Source: Zootoca vivipara (Eukaryota). From it: a stretch of DNA of 64,000 nucleotides. A program made the translations under genes and the position numbers. The notes beneath the pieces were generated by a model that searched no databases, was not told where the DNA came from, and saw only the letters and a list, made by a program, of their open reading frames with translations. The stretch's first letter is position 1; every line of letters starts with the position of its first letter. Location: NCBI RefSeq assembly GCF_963506605.1, contig NC_083288.1, positions 37,014,001-37,078,000 of the forward strand, written 5' to 3'. Below, piece after piece: positions 1 to 14,100 of this stretch.

Positions 1-341
<341 letters not shown>

Positions 342-2226
342 AGAGGGAGAGAGGATGTTGGGTGGAGAACAAGACCTCCCACCATCACATCCCTTCTCTT
401 CCATTTGCTCACTCATCCATCCAACCGTTTGTCCCGTCACAAATATGCCCTCCCCTTCCCTCTGCTTAGGCAACCTGTGGCCATTTCACCACCTGCGAAA
501 ACATTGGTTCTCTGAGGTTGCCATGACTTTTAGGTTGGGTAAAAGGGCGAGAGCAGACCTATGGATGAGGTCCATTTCAAACGGTACAAGCAGTTACTTT
601 TTTGGGGGGGTGGGGGGGCAGGGAAGACATCATTATTTTGGCAGCCCTACCAGGAGGCAAGAGGAGGCAGCTGCCCCATGTGTTGAGTTTGGGGCGGTAG
701 AGTGGGAGGTGGGCAGGTCAAACCCAGAGGGCGGAATGCATTAGGAAGCCGTTGTGCAGGAACCCCACAGGGACAAATGGAAGCCGTGAAATGACATTAT
801 TGCGTTCTTGTGGATTGCGCCTTCTGTTCAGCAAGGCAACACCAAGGACAGGCCATGAGATTTCCCCCTCTAAGGCAAAGGACAAGATGGTCCCCACCAA
901 TACACTGGCATTTGAATCATTCTTAAAAAGTGAGGGGCAGCATCCGCCACGGCACCTGAGGAAGGCAACTTCAGGGATCACAAAGAGGTCTGTCTCTTTA
1001 CCTCTCAGAATCAGCTGCCCGAAGCAGCTGCTTCACTTTGCCCAATGACAAAATCCCAAAGGATTGTGTGTGTCCCGATTTTATTCCATTAATGCTGTTC
1101 GGATGTTTTCTTCTTTAGGCACCGACATGCCTCTGGCTGCTCTTTACATCCCAGCATTTTGCATTTATATACGGCCACAGATCATGGGGGATGCCCCTCA
1201 TGATTGTGCGCTGCAGTTGCTTGTGGGGAATGGCAGGAGATCTTGGACCAATCCCGCTGTGACTCCTTGGATTTTGAGGCCCTCTTATGCTTTTCTGGCA
1301 TGTTCTGTGAGGGCTGTGGCTAGTTAGGAAATAGCCACTGCGACAAACTTTCGGCCTTGTTATTTAGGTGCTGCGGCACCCACTTATGTCAGTAGAAACT
1401 AGAGGATTGCCTTCTGCTTGCTGCTGCAGTAGAATCGTGTGTATCCGCCGTCAGGTGACACCAAGGGCTGTATATAACCATTTATTTATCCAAGGCTGTT
1501 TGCAGTGTATTTTGGACTTGTTCCTCACTAATCCTGCATAGGGCCTGTCTGTAAACAAGGTTACTAGTATATTACTCAGCTTGCATTTCACAAAGGTAGA
1601 TACCGGGCTGCTTCCATTCGTGTTTCGTTCCTGAAAGGGAAAATTCCCGCTCTCCTCCATTCCCATCAAATATTCCTATCTACAAATCCCAGGGTCAGCA
1701 GAAACTTCTGCAGCTCCCTGTTCTGTGGTGCATGTAGCAGGCTTTTTCTCTCACTGCTGTTAGGAGCTAGTTTTGAGCTAGTGTCATAAAGACTTCAGAC
1801 TTTTTTCCAATAACCAAGGCATGTATACACTAAACCCCAGCTTTCTGTGTTGTGAAAGCGCCCTAACAACTCCGATACCCTCCCCACATCCTGAGGGGAT
1901 GTCAGCCAGCGAGGCCCAAGTGTCTTTATGTATGTGGCGTGTACAATATGTTTGAGTAGTCAAATAGGTCTTGCCCTGCCCTGTTTTCACATTACCCATT
2001 TCAACCAGGCACTGAACTGTTATGGCTCCTTTTCAAGGCTCTGGGCTCCTTCAGCATCACAGCCCTGCCCCCCCCCCCATGGCAGCCATGGTCCCTCAAC
2101 ATTGCCCCCCAAAGCCCGTCTGCAGCTCTCCTGATGTATCTCATCGGCTTCGCTATTCGCTTCGTATAATCTTCCCCCGTGTGTGGGGAATGAGAAGATC
2201 AAGAGTTGTTAATTTCTGGTTGATTA

Positions 2227-2232
2227 AATAAA
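2227..2232 (+). terminator. Candidate poly(A) signal (AATAAA, overlapped by ATTAAA) of the GSG1-like gene
   Basis: TGATTAAATAAATTAAA cluster ~1.9 kb after the stop, just before TE-dense sequence begins. Confidence 0.45.
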
Positions 2233-2467
2233 TTAAAGGATTAATCAGTGTCAGTCTGCTTCATTTTATAAAGCTGGAGGGAAGAGGGGAGAGTAAATTC
2301 ATCAAGCATCAAGCCCTGCTTTCTGGGCCCAACAGAGGCAAAGGTGGGAAGGATGACTTGGGAGGTGACGGTTCGAATCCTTGCTCAGCCATGAAGCTCA
2401 ATTCAACAGGGTTGTTGTGAGGGTGAAAAAGGGAGAACCATGTACGCCACCTTGAGCTGCTTGGAAG

Positions 2468-2934
2468 CAGGGGCGTCGCAATGGGGGGGTGGTGGTGTGT
2501 GCCACTCGGGGTGTGTGTGTGCCACTTGGCGCCTCCACCCCCGCAACTCCCAAGCGGTGCGCCGAGTGGACTTTTTACCGGGAGGCTGGAGACTCACCTC
2601 CGCCACGATTAGCGGGCTTTCTACCTGGAGTTTGTAGCTGGAGGCGCGTGGCTTTGGAGTCGCCGGGGGGGGCAGTGATACCCCGCTACGTAACACGCAT
2701 GCGCAGCGGGATGCTGCACATGCGTCGTTACGTGGCGGGATATCGCCGCCCTGCGCCTCCAAAGCCGCACGCCTCTACCTGGAGTTTGTAGCTGGAGGCG
2801 CACGGCTTTGGAGGCGCGGGGCGGTGATATCCCGCCACGTAACGCTGCATGCGTTGTTATGTAGCGATGCCGCACCCCCCCGGGTGCTTGGCAATTTGCC
2901 GCCCCAGGTGTCGCAGCGGCTTGCTACGCCCCTG
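2468..2934. mobile_element. Young non-autonomous hAT DNA transposon (467 bp) with internal palindromic repeats
   Basis: TIRs CAGGGGCGTCGCAA...TTGCTACGCCCCTG. Perfect 8-bp TSD CTTGGAAG (2460-2467 and 2935-2942). CpG-rich interior. Interrupts an older MIR/L2-like SINE. Confidence 0.85.
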
Positions 2935-3879
2935 CTTGGAAGATTAAAGGTTGTATATAAATTGTAATAACTAACTAACTAACTAAAGTATCACAGAGGG
3001 AAGGGAACCTGTGCTGCTGGACCATTCCACCCACAAAGAAAGTTCCAATTCCCAGAGTGGTTTAATAATCCCTTAACAAACGGCAGCACACGGTATTCCT
3101 TGGGGGAAGCCATGACTGTGGTACATAGCACAGTACTTCAAATGTGTGGTCTGGATTGTGAGGAGCAAGCTCCAAGACCAGCGTTTTATGGGGTTTTGGG
3201 GACAGGAATTGGCCCTTAAAATGAGCTGACTGGATACAGGCTGGAAGTTCAGCCCAGAAGTCCAAAGCTCTGCGACTGCCAGGAAAACAACCCCGGTGGC
3301 ATGGCAGGTAAAGTGCTATTGTAGCTGGGTGCTCTGCTTTGACACAGCTTCCCTCCCACTTGCAGCTCCAAAGTGCCAGGTTCGGAAAGCGTCGTTGGAT
3401 GTTTGTCTGAATAATAGTAGTTGTTATATGGGTGACAATTGAGTTTTAGATCATTTCTCATATTAAAAACACAGGTCTTTCGTTTTTATCCATTTAATTT
3501 TTTTTATTTCAAATTTATTCCCCCGCATCTTTTTTAAAATCTTTTTTTATTACAAAAAAGGGAAAAGAGAGGGAGAGATAGATAAAGAAAGAAAGAGAGA
3601 GGAGCAGGTCAATAAATACTTGGAAGATGCTCAAAATAAAATAACATTCATAAAATATAATAAAAATAATAATAATAAACACGATGATGACAATAATAAT
3701 AATTAATAATAATAATTAATAATAATAAAATGAACCAGACTTGTAACGGATAATAAATTAAAAAATAATAATAACTTACAAGGAAGAAACCTAATGGCTT
3801 TATAAATACCGTGGAGCAATGAAGGGCTCATGATAAATACCGGTACCTGAAACAGGAGTGGGGAGGGTTAACTACAGCC

Positions 3880-4477
3880 AGGAAGGGGTATCAAGAATGG
3901 GATGAACTTCTCCATCAAAAATAGTACTGCTCTATTTTGTTTTGGTCAGACCACACCTGGAGTTCTGAGTCCAGTTCTGGGCTCCACAATTTAAGGAGGA
4001 TATTGACAAGCTGGAAGGTGTGCAGAGGAGGGCGACCAAGATGAGCAAGGGGTCTGGAAACCAAGCCTTATGAGGAATGATTGAGGAAGCCGGGCATCTT
4101 TTGAGTAGAGTACAGAGTAGACTTGAGAACAGATGTGATAGCCATCTTCAGTTATCTCAAGGGCTGTTACATGGAAGATGGAGCAAACTTGTTTTTTCCT
4201 GCACTGGAGGCTAGGACCCAAACCAAATGGATTCAAGTTACAAGAAAGGAGATTCCAACTAAACGTCAGGAAGAACTTTATGACAGTAAGAGCTATTTGA
4301 CTGTGGAACAGACTTCCTCAGGAGGTGATGAGACTCTCTTCTTGGAGATTTTTAAGCAGAGGTTTTAAGCAGATGGATCGCCATCTGTAATGTATTTTCT
4401 CGCTGAGATTCCTGCATTACTGGGGGTTGCATGACCCTCTGTCCCTTCCAACTCTACAATTCCACGATTCTATGATC
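3880..4477 (+). mobile_element. CR1 LINE 3' fragment
   Basis: Typical CR1 ORF2 3' end (GTCAGACCACACCTGGAG...CCAGTTCTGGGCTCCACAATTTAAG) and CCCTTCCAACTCTAC...ATTCTATGAT tail. Confidence 0.85.
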
Positions 4478-4551
4478 AATGCCTTTTTTAGAACTGTTCG
4501 GCCAAAATTCAAATGGGTGCATTCAGAAGGATACATATTGGGTTAAAAGTC

Positions 4552-4557
4552 TTTATT
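4552..4557 (-). terminator. Candidate IL11 poly(A) signal AATAAA (alternative at 5302-5307)
   Basis: TTTATT on + ends a ~1.5-kb TE-free stretch after the IL11 stop that resembles a 3'UTR. Confidence 0.5.
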
Positions 4558-4685
4558 CCAAAACTCTTTTCAATGTGAAATTGGGTTGTTGTTGTTTTTT
4601 TAAAAATAAACAAACCCACAAACCTGGTCCTTTTTGTACCGTATCACACTGCGGCGGCAGTATTGGCTGGGCTGACAAAAATGAT

Positions 4686-4701
4686 CCAGCAGAGGGCGCT
4701 G
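4686..4701 (+). promoter_or_regulatory. CTCF motif
   Basis: CCAGCAGAGGGCGCTG is a near-perfect match to the CTCF core consensus. It sits at the 3' end of IL11, facing into the gene. Confidence 0.6.
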
Positions 4702-6069
4702 CTGGTAAACAAATCTGCCTTGAACTTCTGACAATTCCTTGTTTTTTTCAGGAGCATGAGAATTAATTTCACAATCTCAACTTTCTGACTTTCCTTCCCA
4801 ATGAAATTATTTTTGAACAAAAGCATGGCTTGTTTTATGTGTGATTTTTTTTGCATATTGTTAAAACAAAAGGTAAGACTCGTTACTGCCTAAAGCAACT
4901 ACTGACTACAAAAACATCTCTTCCGAGAAAAGGTTCCTCAAACTCCTAAAAGCCTTCCTGTCTCTGAGTTTTGATTGATCATCCAGCTATAATTAATTGA
5001 TGAAATCTGCATAAATCTGTATATATGTAACAATAGTTTCGAAGGAAAAAAAAAGCAAACATCATTTGCTTTTAGACAAGACACGCAGGATATCGCATCA
5101 TAGAAAAAGCATTGCCTCGCTGTGTGAGAATGGGGAATGTTGCCCCCTTTAAATGTTGCGTCCAACGCACTTTATGCTATCTTATTTTTAAAATAGTTAG
5201 CATCTTTAAAAAGACCTATGCAACCACCCTGACTTACCCTATTAATCCGTATGTGTGGTGTGTGGTGCCGTGACACCCTGTATGAGGAATGCTGAAAACC
5301 ATTTATTCTGTACTAGATTGTGGCCACACTTTTGGGGGTGGTACTAGATTGCAGGTGGACAAGGGACAGAAACTGGCAGGGGCTATTGATGAAACCAGGA
5401 TGGCTGCCAATGAGAGGTCAAGCCTCCCGCCTTCAATGAATCCTTTCCTCCCTTCCTCGGCTTACAGAATTGTGGCATCTTCTCACGTACACTTCTCAGT
5501 TCCCTGGGGGCACTGCCCAGACCTATGGGGCATAAGCTGGGAGGGCGCCCTAGATTGCAGCACACAATCTAGTGGTGGGGAAAGAACAGTCGTGATGGGC
5601 AAGGTGCTTTTCGGGCAGATTATCCACCACGACTATACCTATAAGGGGTCTCCGATACTTGACACGGATCAATGCTTATCATACAGATTATAGTGTTTCA
5701 TTAACAGGGAGCAGGAGAGGGCAAAAATGTCCTTGGAAGAAGGGGAAGCCCCCCTTTCCCCATACCATTTCCCCAAGCCTTGAGGAAGAATGAGGGAGAA
5801 TTGAGTCCTTCCAAGGGCAAGGGAAGTCGCTTTTTGTTTCATGATGCACCCCCCACCGAGTAGGAAGGGTGTGTGAGTGGGCCATAGGTCTCAGCAACTC
5901 CCCCCCTTGCAGCACCCCCCAGAAGAGGAATCCAGGGGCGCCCTGTTCCATAGACTTTCCTTCCTTGCTTGCACCCTCCTCCACTGGTATTGCTGAAGCA
6001 GCATCTAAGAGTTCCAGGTCCGTGAGAAGACTTTCCAAAATACCCATGGTGGTTCAGTTTCTTTGCCGT

Positions 6070-6234
6070 TCACAGCTTGTTCCGGATCAGAACCAGCACG
6101 CGAGATGCCCAGTCCAGGTAGAGGTGAAATGAGTGGGCGATGGCGTGTCCTGCCTGAACCGCAGTCCAGTGGGTGCCGTGGGCTGGCAGGGTTGGCAGAG
6201 TTGGGTTGGGCCGTGAGAGGCTGAGCTTGGTCAT
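6070..6234 (-). CDS. IL11: IL11 coding exon 5 (helix D, stop)
   Basis: Acceptor cttctccctcag|[28 protein letters not shown] vs human HAILGGLHLTLDWAVRGLLLLKTRL*. Confidence 0.95.
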   Translation of the reverse strand: MTKLSLSRPNPTLPTLPAHGTHWTAVQAGHAIAHSFHLYLDWASRVLVLIRNKL

Positions 6235-8136
6235 CTGAGGGAGAAGCAGACAAGCGGGTGAGTTGTGACCTTCTGGAGCAAGGACAGAAGCTCCGAGGTA
6301 GCCCATGTTAATCCCTCCCTATTTCTGATGATGGGCGACTTCCTATGTTCCTAAGGTGACAAAGCAAGGATCACGCCAGGCTTCCCAGTGCATTTTCCCC
6401 ATCACTTTCCTTACAGCAAAAAGTCTGATCTTTTGGGGAAGCAATTTTGCCGTGCAAGACCTCACAACCTGATTTTTGTGGTATGGGATTGAATCCCACC
6501 CAAAAGCAGTGACAGCCTGGAAGCGCTCCTAGAGCTGGAAGGGGCCTTGCAGGCGCATCTAGTCAACCCCACACCATCGGGACCACACCCCCAGGATCTG
6601 TTCCTTCCTCTCAAAGCCTTACCAGGTGCTCCAGTCTTTTGAGGAGGCGTTCCAGCCGGGTGTGCACTAAGGTGATGTCATGCTCCATGGGCCGCAGCAG
6701 CAGTGGGGCTGCCCTCCGCAGCCACTCAAAGTGGCGTTGGTAGCACTGCAAGTCGGAACTGAGCCGAGTCAGACCCACAGAGACCTGCAGGAGGAGGAGG
6801 AGAGACGAACATGACAGAGAGGGGCTGTAAGAGAAAGAACTTTGGTGGGGCAGGAAAGCAGGGCACCTGCATATATTCTGGAAATATAGTAGGGAAAGGA
6901 CCCGTGGCTCAGTAGTTATAGCATCTGCTTAGCATGGGGAAGATCCCGGGTTCAATCCTCAGCATCTCCAGGTAGGGCAGGAGAGATTTCTTATCTTGAA
7001 ACCCTGGGAGTTTCAATCAGTGGAGACAGTACTGAACTAGATGGACCAAAGATCTGATAAGGCAAGTTTCTTCCCCTCCTCTGCCCACATAGAAAACATG
7101 GGTGCACTATTGGGGGCAGGGAGCCATTTTGGAGTGAGCGGAGCTGCAGAGGGGAACCGAGAAACAGCAGAAGTTGGACGCCACACAGTTAATGCACCCG
7201 GCTTCCCCTGGGAACTGTTGTCAACCCTGTAGTCAACAGAGCAGCGCTTCTCAGCACCCTTAGCAAACTACAGTCCCTAGGGTTCTTTGGGAAAGGCCAA
7301 GTACTTTAAATGTACAGTGTGTACAAAGCGTGGCTGTATGATGTGCACGCAGCCTGGGAGTCATCTTAGGCTGTCTGTGTGAGGGAGCTGGAGCCACAAA
7401 ACCTGGCAGAAACCTAGAACCTACAAAGAGTGGGGAAACTGCAGGTACTGCGAGGGGCCAGCGAGACCAGCCATGGGAAGCCTGTATTCCCTAAAGCAGG
7501 CCACTGTGAGAGATATGTATAGACTGATATGTATAGACTGATTTCACTAAGTTAAGTTAAGTCAAACAGATATATAAGAATGAGTGTTTAATTATCAAGA
7601 TACAAAAATACAATCACAATAATAAAGTTATAAAATAATAACAAGGAAGTCACGCACGGGTGGAGGCAAGCAAGACACAGGGCAAGAAATAAGAAGCAAA
7701 TAAGAAATGGATAAATGTTGGTACATAATGAAAGGTGAAAATGTGAATTTACAAATATAATGTACAGTGGAACCTCGGTTTATTAACACCTCGGTTTACG
7801 AATTTTCGGTTTACAAACGCCGCAGACCCATCTGGAACGGATTAATTCACTTTCCATTACTGTCAATGGGAAAGTTCGCTTCAGTTTATGAACACTTCAG
7901 TTTATGAACAGACTTCCGGAACCAATTACACCCATGCTTCGGGTTAAGTACGCTTCAGGTTGGCCGCAGACCCATCTGGAACGGATTAATCCACTTTCCA
8001 TTACTTTCAATGGGAAAGTTCGCTTCAGTTTATGAACGCTTCAGTTTATGAACAGCCTTCCAGAACCAATTGTGTTCATAAACCGAGGTACCACTGTATA
8101 TGTATTATTATGTAAATATTTCATATATGTATTGCA

Positions 8137-8184
<48 letters not shown>

Positions 8185-11100
8185 GAGAGATTTTGCTTAA
8201 GGCAACAAGCTGTGGTGCAAAGGAGAACCTGGGGACGATGGGAGAAGAGGGAAGAGGAGGCCTCTTTTACCTGGATGTTGGCGAGTTCCACCGCAGTCAT
8301 AGTCAACACAGGCAGCGTATCTAGCTTGTGTTCTCCTTCTGCTGGGTAGCGGTTTTTCTGTACAGGGAAGAGGAACGGTGGGAATCAGACCACAAAATAG
8401 TGCAACTGAACAGGAACGTCAACCAATAAATAGTAAACTGAGGGCAGGGGGGAAGGATATGCCCTCCTGTTTATTTTATTTTCAAAACGACAAGACAAAA
8501 TATCATATTTTTTCCTAAGATCTCTTAGGAAGATTTCCCCCCCCCCCCAAGTGGGAATTTGTGCTTCTTAAAAGGTAAAGGAAACAGAAGGAAGGCTCCC
8601 AATTAGCCATTTTCTGAATCTGTCTCATTTGAGCCAGGAGGCAAAAAGTCAATGTGATGCCACTTCATTTAGAAGCCACCCAAAGCTCACATCTCTGGCA
8701 GGCCATAGCTCAGCGGCAGAGCATCTGCTTTTTGTGTAGAAAGTCCTGGGGTTCAATCTCTGGCATTTCCAGCTCACGGGAAATGTTGGTGGCAGGTTTT
8801 TGGCGAGCCTTTCCCGGGCAGAGCAGACAGCGCTGGAGTTAAGTGGACCAATAGCCTGATTTGTTCTAAAGCAGCTTCAAGTTGGCCGCTTGACTTACAA
8901 AGTGGTTGAAGAGGTTCTTGGCGTCACTCAGCAGGTTCCTCGACATATGGACAACGGAATCGAATTCGGATCGGAAGTCTGTAGGCTTTGGACGGGGGGC
9001 TGGAGCTCCCCACAGGGCCTCACACAGACTCAGCACCACCACCAAGACCTGACACAAGCATGCTGCAGAGAAAGTGAGAAAGCAACAAAGATTGTGGTTA
9101 GGAGGAGGACGAAGGCCTGGCTTTTAAACTTGGGGAAGAGAGGAAGATAGAACACTTGCAAGTAGAAAGAAGTTCAGTCAGGAACAGCCTTTCGTCTTCA
9201 TCTTCATCATCATCAACATCTAGCTGCATTTTCGAAACGTACGCAATAAAAATAGAAACAATGCCTTCAATAGTAAAGTGCTTTGTGTGTTTACTTACGA
9301 TGGGTTAAAAAACATTCTCCCCAGCTGCAGCCTGAGGTGGTACAGTCCAGTCTCCCACCTCAGGACTCTACCACCTCATCCTGTTGCATGTGTAGACCAG
9401 GTGTCCTATTATCTTAAAGTGGGAGATTAAGAGCCAAGGTGTCTGGGATCCATCAGCAAACGAGAAGTCTAGTGCTTCAGGGAGCAGGTGTGTGTCTGGA
9501 TATTATTGGGTGGGTTTGCTGGAAGAGTTTAGAACACCGTGTCCCCGAAATCTTGATTCTGCTAGCAAGTACGCCCTTCTCTCTTCTTTTCCTCAGAAGC
9601 TACTTTCAACTCCAAAGGTTATGGGTTCAAATCATGCCCTACCCAGCCTGCTATTCAGCCTTGACCTCTTGCCCACTTCCTTAAAATATTCGTGGAGCTG
9701 AATGTTGGACAGACGGACTTTCTGGCTGAGGGATAAAATGTATTTTTATACACATTCTTCTGTAATTCAACCACCCACTCCTTCTTCCCATTTTTTCACT
9801 GGGCGAGAGAGAGGAAGCGTCAGGAAATATGTGCTGCTTAACACTTGAATAACATTTTCTTGCAATGCTTTCTTTTCCATTTTTTAAAAACTGCTTTGTC
9901 TCCAGGGCTTTGGGTGGTCTGATCCCTGTGGCCAAGAGCACAGACAGCCCTCCGTCCAAAAACCTTCACGTTCTCAATTGTGTTCATTCATCCTCAAAAC
10001 AAATCCTATGATGTAGTAGCACAGTGGTACCTCGGTTTAAGTACACGATTGGTTCCGGAAGTCTGTACTTAACCTGAAGCGTACTTAACCTGAAGCGAAC
10101 TTTCCCTTTGAAAGTAATGGAAAGTGGATTAATCCATTCCAGATGGGTCTGCGGAGTACTTAAACTGAAAGTACTCAAACCGAAGCATACTTAAACCGAG
10201 GTATGACTGTACTAAATTAGTCCCATTTCACAGAAGTGTCTCTGTGTGGGCAATAAAGGTGATTCTAAAAGTGTCATTGAGATATTGCAAATGGGACCTC
10301 GGCAACAGGTTCCCCACCCGTGTGTTTTAGATGTTCCAAGTGGTCACATTCACACCATATATTTAAAGCTTCTCCCTAAGAATTCTGGCAACTGTAGTTC
10401 ACCCGTGGGGAAGGCTATGTTAAATTGAAGGATTTGTTGCTACGCCAGCCTGCCTCATGGCAGGGCCGGCCTGACTTCTGACCATCCCCATTGCTAATTA
10501 TCCACATGCAATGGTGGACCTACATTTTGGGGGCCCTGAAGCTTGGACTGTTATGAGGGTCCCTTCTCAAACAGCAACAAGGTCTGGGTAACCACTGCTA
10601 TCTTCTCCAATGGGGTTGTTCACACAAAAAACCCACTACACCTCAGATTTTGCTTCAAATTGCTGTACTGCAACACTCTACCTTTACAACACCTCAAATT
10701 TTGGGACTGGTGAAATATAAACAACAACAAAAATAAACCATTTGAGTTGTGCGCCTCAAATTGGTTCTACTAGACTCCAAAATTTTAAGCAATGTGGGCC
10801 AAATTTGCTTCTGGGGGCCCTCTGGGATTAGGGGCCCTGAAGTTTAAGCTTCATTGGTTTCATAGTAGATCTGCCCCCTGCCCACATGGGCAGATGGAGT
10901 TTCTGCAGGGCAGACAAAATAAAATAAAAACGAAAATAAAACGAAATGTGCAGCTTGGCCAGTGTAGGTTTCATGCCTGCAGGGTGGGCATGGGTGGTGT
11001 GGGGCAGGGGAAGAGAGAGAACGGTGCTGCAACTTTTCAACGTCGTGTGTGGAAATGCCTTGGCTTGGCTGCAGAGGGAATTCGGAGGGGAACAAGGAAT

Positions 11101-14100
11101 GGCCCAGAGGTGCCCTTGGAAGGCTCCTGGCAAGAGTTCTGAGCATACAGCTGGTTGGCAGGCAGGAGGGGGAAGGAGGGGTTGGTTGGGTTAGGGAATT
11201 CCTGCCCTGCGACAGAGTCATCCCGGCGCCTTTGCCGTGAGGTAAGGAAAAAAGAAGCCGTCGGTATTCGGAAATAGTGATGCTGTTGCAGGAGGGAGGG
11301 GTAAAGGAGGGGGTGAGTCAAGGTGTTTTCATGGAAAAGCCATCCTGTGTTGTCTTAGAGAGCAAACTGCATATTTTCCCTTTGCCAGGAGCTGGGGAAT
11401 CAAGTCTGGATTTCAAAGGGTCCCCCCTTGCCTCCCAGAACCGAAACCATCTACTAGTTTGCCAGCGCAACCAAGTAGGTCAATTTGTTAGGAGCGTAGC
11501 TATAAAATCATGGATCCTTCGCTGGGTTTTCACAGAAGCCGACTCTTTACGAAGACATGTAGGGTTGGTAGCCAACTCTTTTCTTTTTTTTCTTTTACTG
11601 GGCCCTATTCCTCCTACTGGGAGGAGTGGCGCTGTGGTCTAAACCACAGAGCTAGGGCTTGCCGATCGGAAGGTCGGCCACGATAGAGTGAGCTCCCGTT
11701 GTTCGGTCCCTGCTCCTGCCCACCTAGCAGTTCGAAAGCAAGTCAAAGTGCATGTAGATAAATAGGTACCACTCCGGTGGGAAGGTAAACGGCGTTTCTG
11801 TGTGCTGCTCTGGTTCGCTTAGTCATGCTGGCCACATGTCCCGGAAGCTCTCTGCGGACAAACACCGGCTCCTCAGCCTATAAAGCGAGATGAGTGCCGC
11901 AACCCCAGAGTAATCTGCGACTGGACTTAATGGTCAGGGGTACCTTTACCTTTACTCCTCCTCCTACTGTGCTGCTACTACTACTACTACTACTACACCT
12001 ACTACCAATAACGCGAGATGAGCGCCGGAACCCCAGAGTTGGTCACGACTAGACCTAATCGTCAGGTGTCCCTTTACCTTTACCTTACCTTTCCTTTCCC
12101 TTTACTGTGCTTCTAACAGAGCTAGATTTGCAGCAAGGATCAAGGGCTAACACTTATCCCTATGCTGCAAAAAGCTTCACCTGCTGATTGCTGTGTATCA
12201 AGTTAAAAGAATAGGATCGGGCCAAGTAGGCATTTCCTGGTCAGTTGGCTTCATGCCATTCTTCGGCAGAATGTTGCTTCATTCGGGCAGTGGGTTTATG
12301 GCCAGCTTCACACCGGAAGCCTAAAATGCCACTGTTACAATACCAACATGGGCAGAACGGACACCTGATTTCAAAATAGCTATTTCACTCTGCCCCACAT
12401 CCCACTAAAAGGATTTGAAGGGGGCTGAAAGCAAAGCCCCTGGCCTGCTTCTTCAGGTATAAGCCCTACTGAACTCAATGGGGTTTACTTGTGAGTAGAT
12501 GTGCACAGCTTGGCACTGCGAGGTGCCTTGACTGGAATTGCTCTGCAGTGATCCCCGATTCATACTTGGTCAGTTCATCCCTTCAGTAATAGAGGGGGGG
12601 GGGGGAAACCAGCCTACCCTCATTTTTAACATGTTGGCAAGAATCCCACCATGTAACTTTCCCCATTGCGTTTGATTGGAGAGGTCATACCTGGCATAAT
12701 TCCCCCTTCTGTTGACACAGGGCTGCAGGACCTCAGGCCGGGGGGGCTTCTCTCTATGTGGCCTTTGAGCCTCTCCCCTAGCCACAGTCCCATCTCCTCA
12801 GCCCTGCCTTCCAACCCACCCCTCCTTTGCCTAACTGGGGCATGTCCTGAACTCAAATCATGTCTCTTGTCTGCCTGGATGGCAGACAGAAAGGGGGTTC
12901 TAGGGAGGAACCAGCCTGATGAAAAAGGCACCCCACCCCGGGAGGTAACCCTTAAAGGTACCAGAGGCTATACAAGGTGGCCATTTTCCAAAGCCAGCCT
13001 GGGCAAAGAGATAGGGCAGGCCAGAATTTAACTGGTGAAGCTCTTCCTAGCATGCAAGGGTCCTGCCGGGGGGGAAAGTTGGCAACCTCACACCTATGCG
13101 CGTAGAGCCCTGTTTCTTCTGACACTGAGGAACAGTAGGCAAGCTCTCATTCAGCTGGCATTAGGGAAGGGTGTGGTTCAAGGCAGGCTTAAAGCACCTT
13201 TCTTTTTATAAATAAAACCCAGCTGCTGCCTGCCCGAATTCCCATCCATCCAGCCTGCCTGCCTGCCTGCCCCTTAACAGCCTGCATTGTAATGCCCTCC
13301 AATTTCAAGCTAAGCGGTAGAGCCGTTTCTGTATGCACAAGAGCCCAGGCTTGGTCCTGGGGCATCTCCACTTAAAAGGGCTTTCAGGCAGCTGGGCTGA
13401 GGGAAAGACTTTCCTTCAACTGGCCAGAATTAGGCAACAAGTATTGGAAGGGGCCCAGTACCAAGTTAGGCTTTTGTCCCTCTAGGCCAGGATCATCTCC
13501 TCTCACTGGTAGCAGCTTTTTCCGAGCAGAGTCTCAGGCAGAAAAAGACCTTCCACATTATTTGTTCCCTGCTGGGTTCTGTTAATAGGAGATGCCAGGG
13601 ATTGAACCTGGAACCTTCTGCAAGTGCTCTGCCACTGAGCTATGGTTGGGCGCTAGATGGCCTGGTGAACAAGGCAGGTGTGTATATGTCCATTTCCTCC
13701 TGCAAAGGCTTCCTTTCTTGGCCTCAATATATGGCCAACAGTCTTTGCAGCCACAAAGATGCAGAAGGAAGAAGAAGAAGAAGAAACAGAGGCAAAATGG
13801 GAAGCAATTTCATCGGGATCAATTAAAGATGGAACGAAAGCAACATAGATAGCATTGGTCATTATCACAAGCATAGAATCCTTGATTATACATTGAGGCT
13901 GGTTCACATAATCCAATTTGAGACGTACTGAATGTGTTTGTGGGTCCACATGCAGCCTCCCTCCATGAAGGGAAGAATATATCTTGGACTAGAGGGGCCT
14001 TGGACTGATTGCCAGCCAAGGCAGCTCCTCTTTCCTTATGTCCCTGTGTTTCCTTATGTCATCATATTGACACCATGTGCTGTAATTGTTTTCCTTCATA

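Noticed and set aside
2620-2880. Repeat-spacer-like pattern suggestive of CRISPR
   Set aside because: Eukaryotic DNA, only two units, and enclosed by hAT TIRs and a TSD.
6898-6970. tRNA-like sequences (also ~8700-8770 and 31116-31176) as real tRNA genes
   Set aside because: Stems are degenerate and each is fused to a SINE body or LINE tail.
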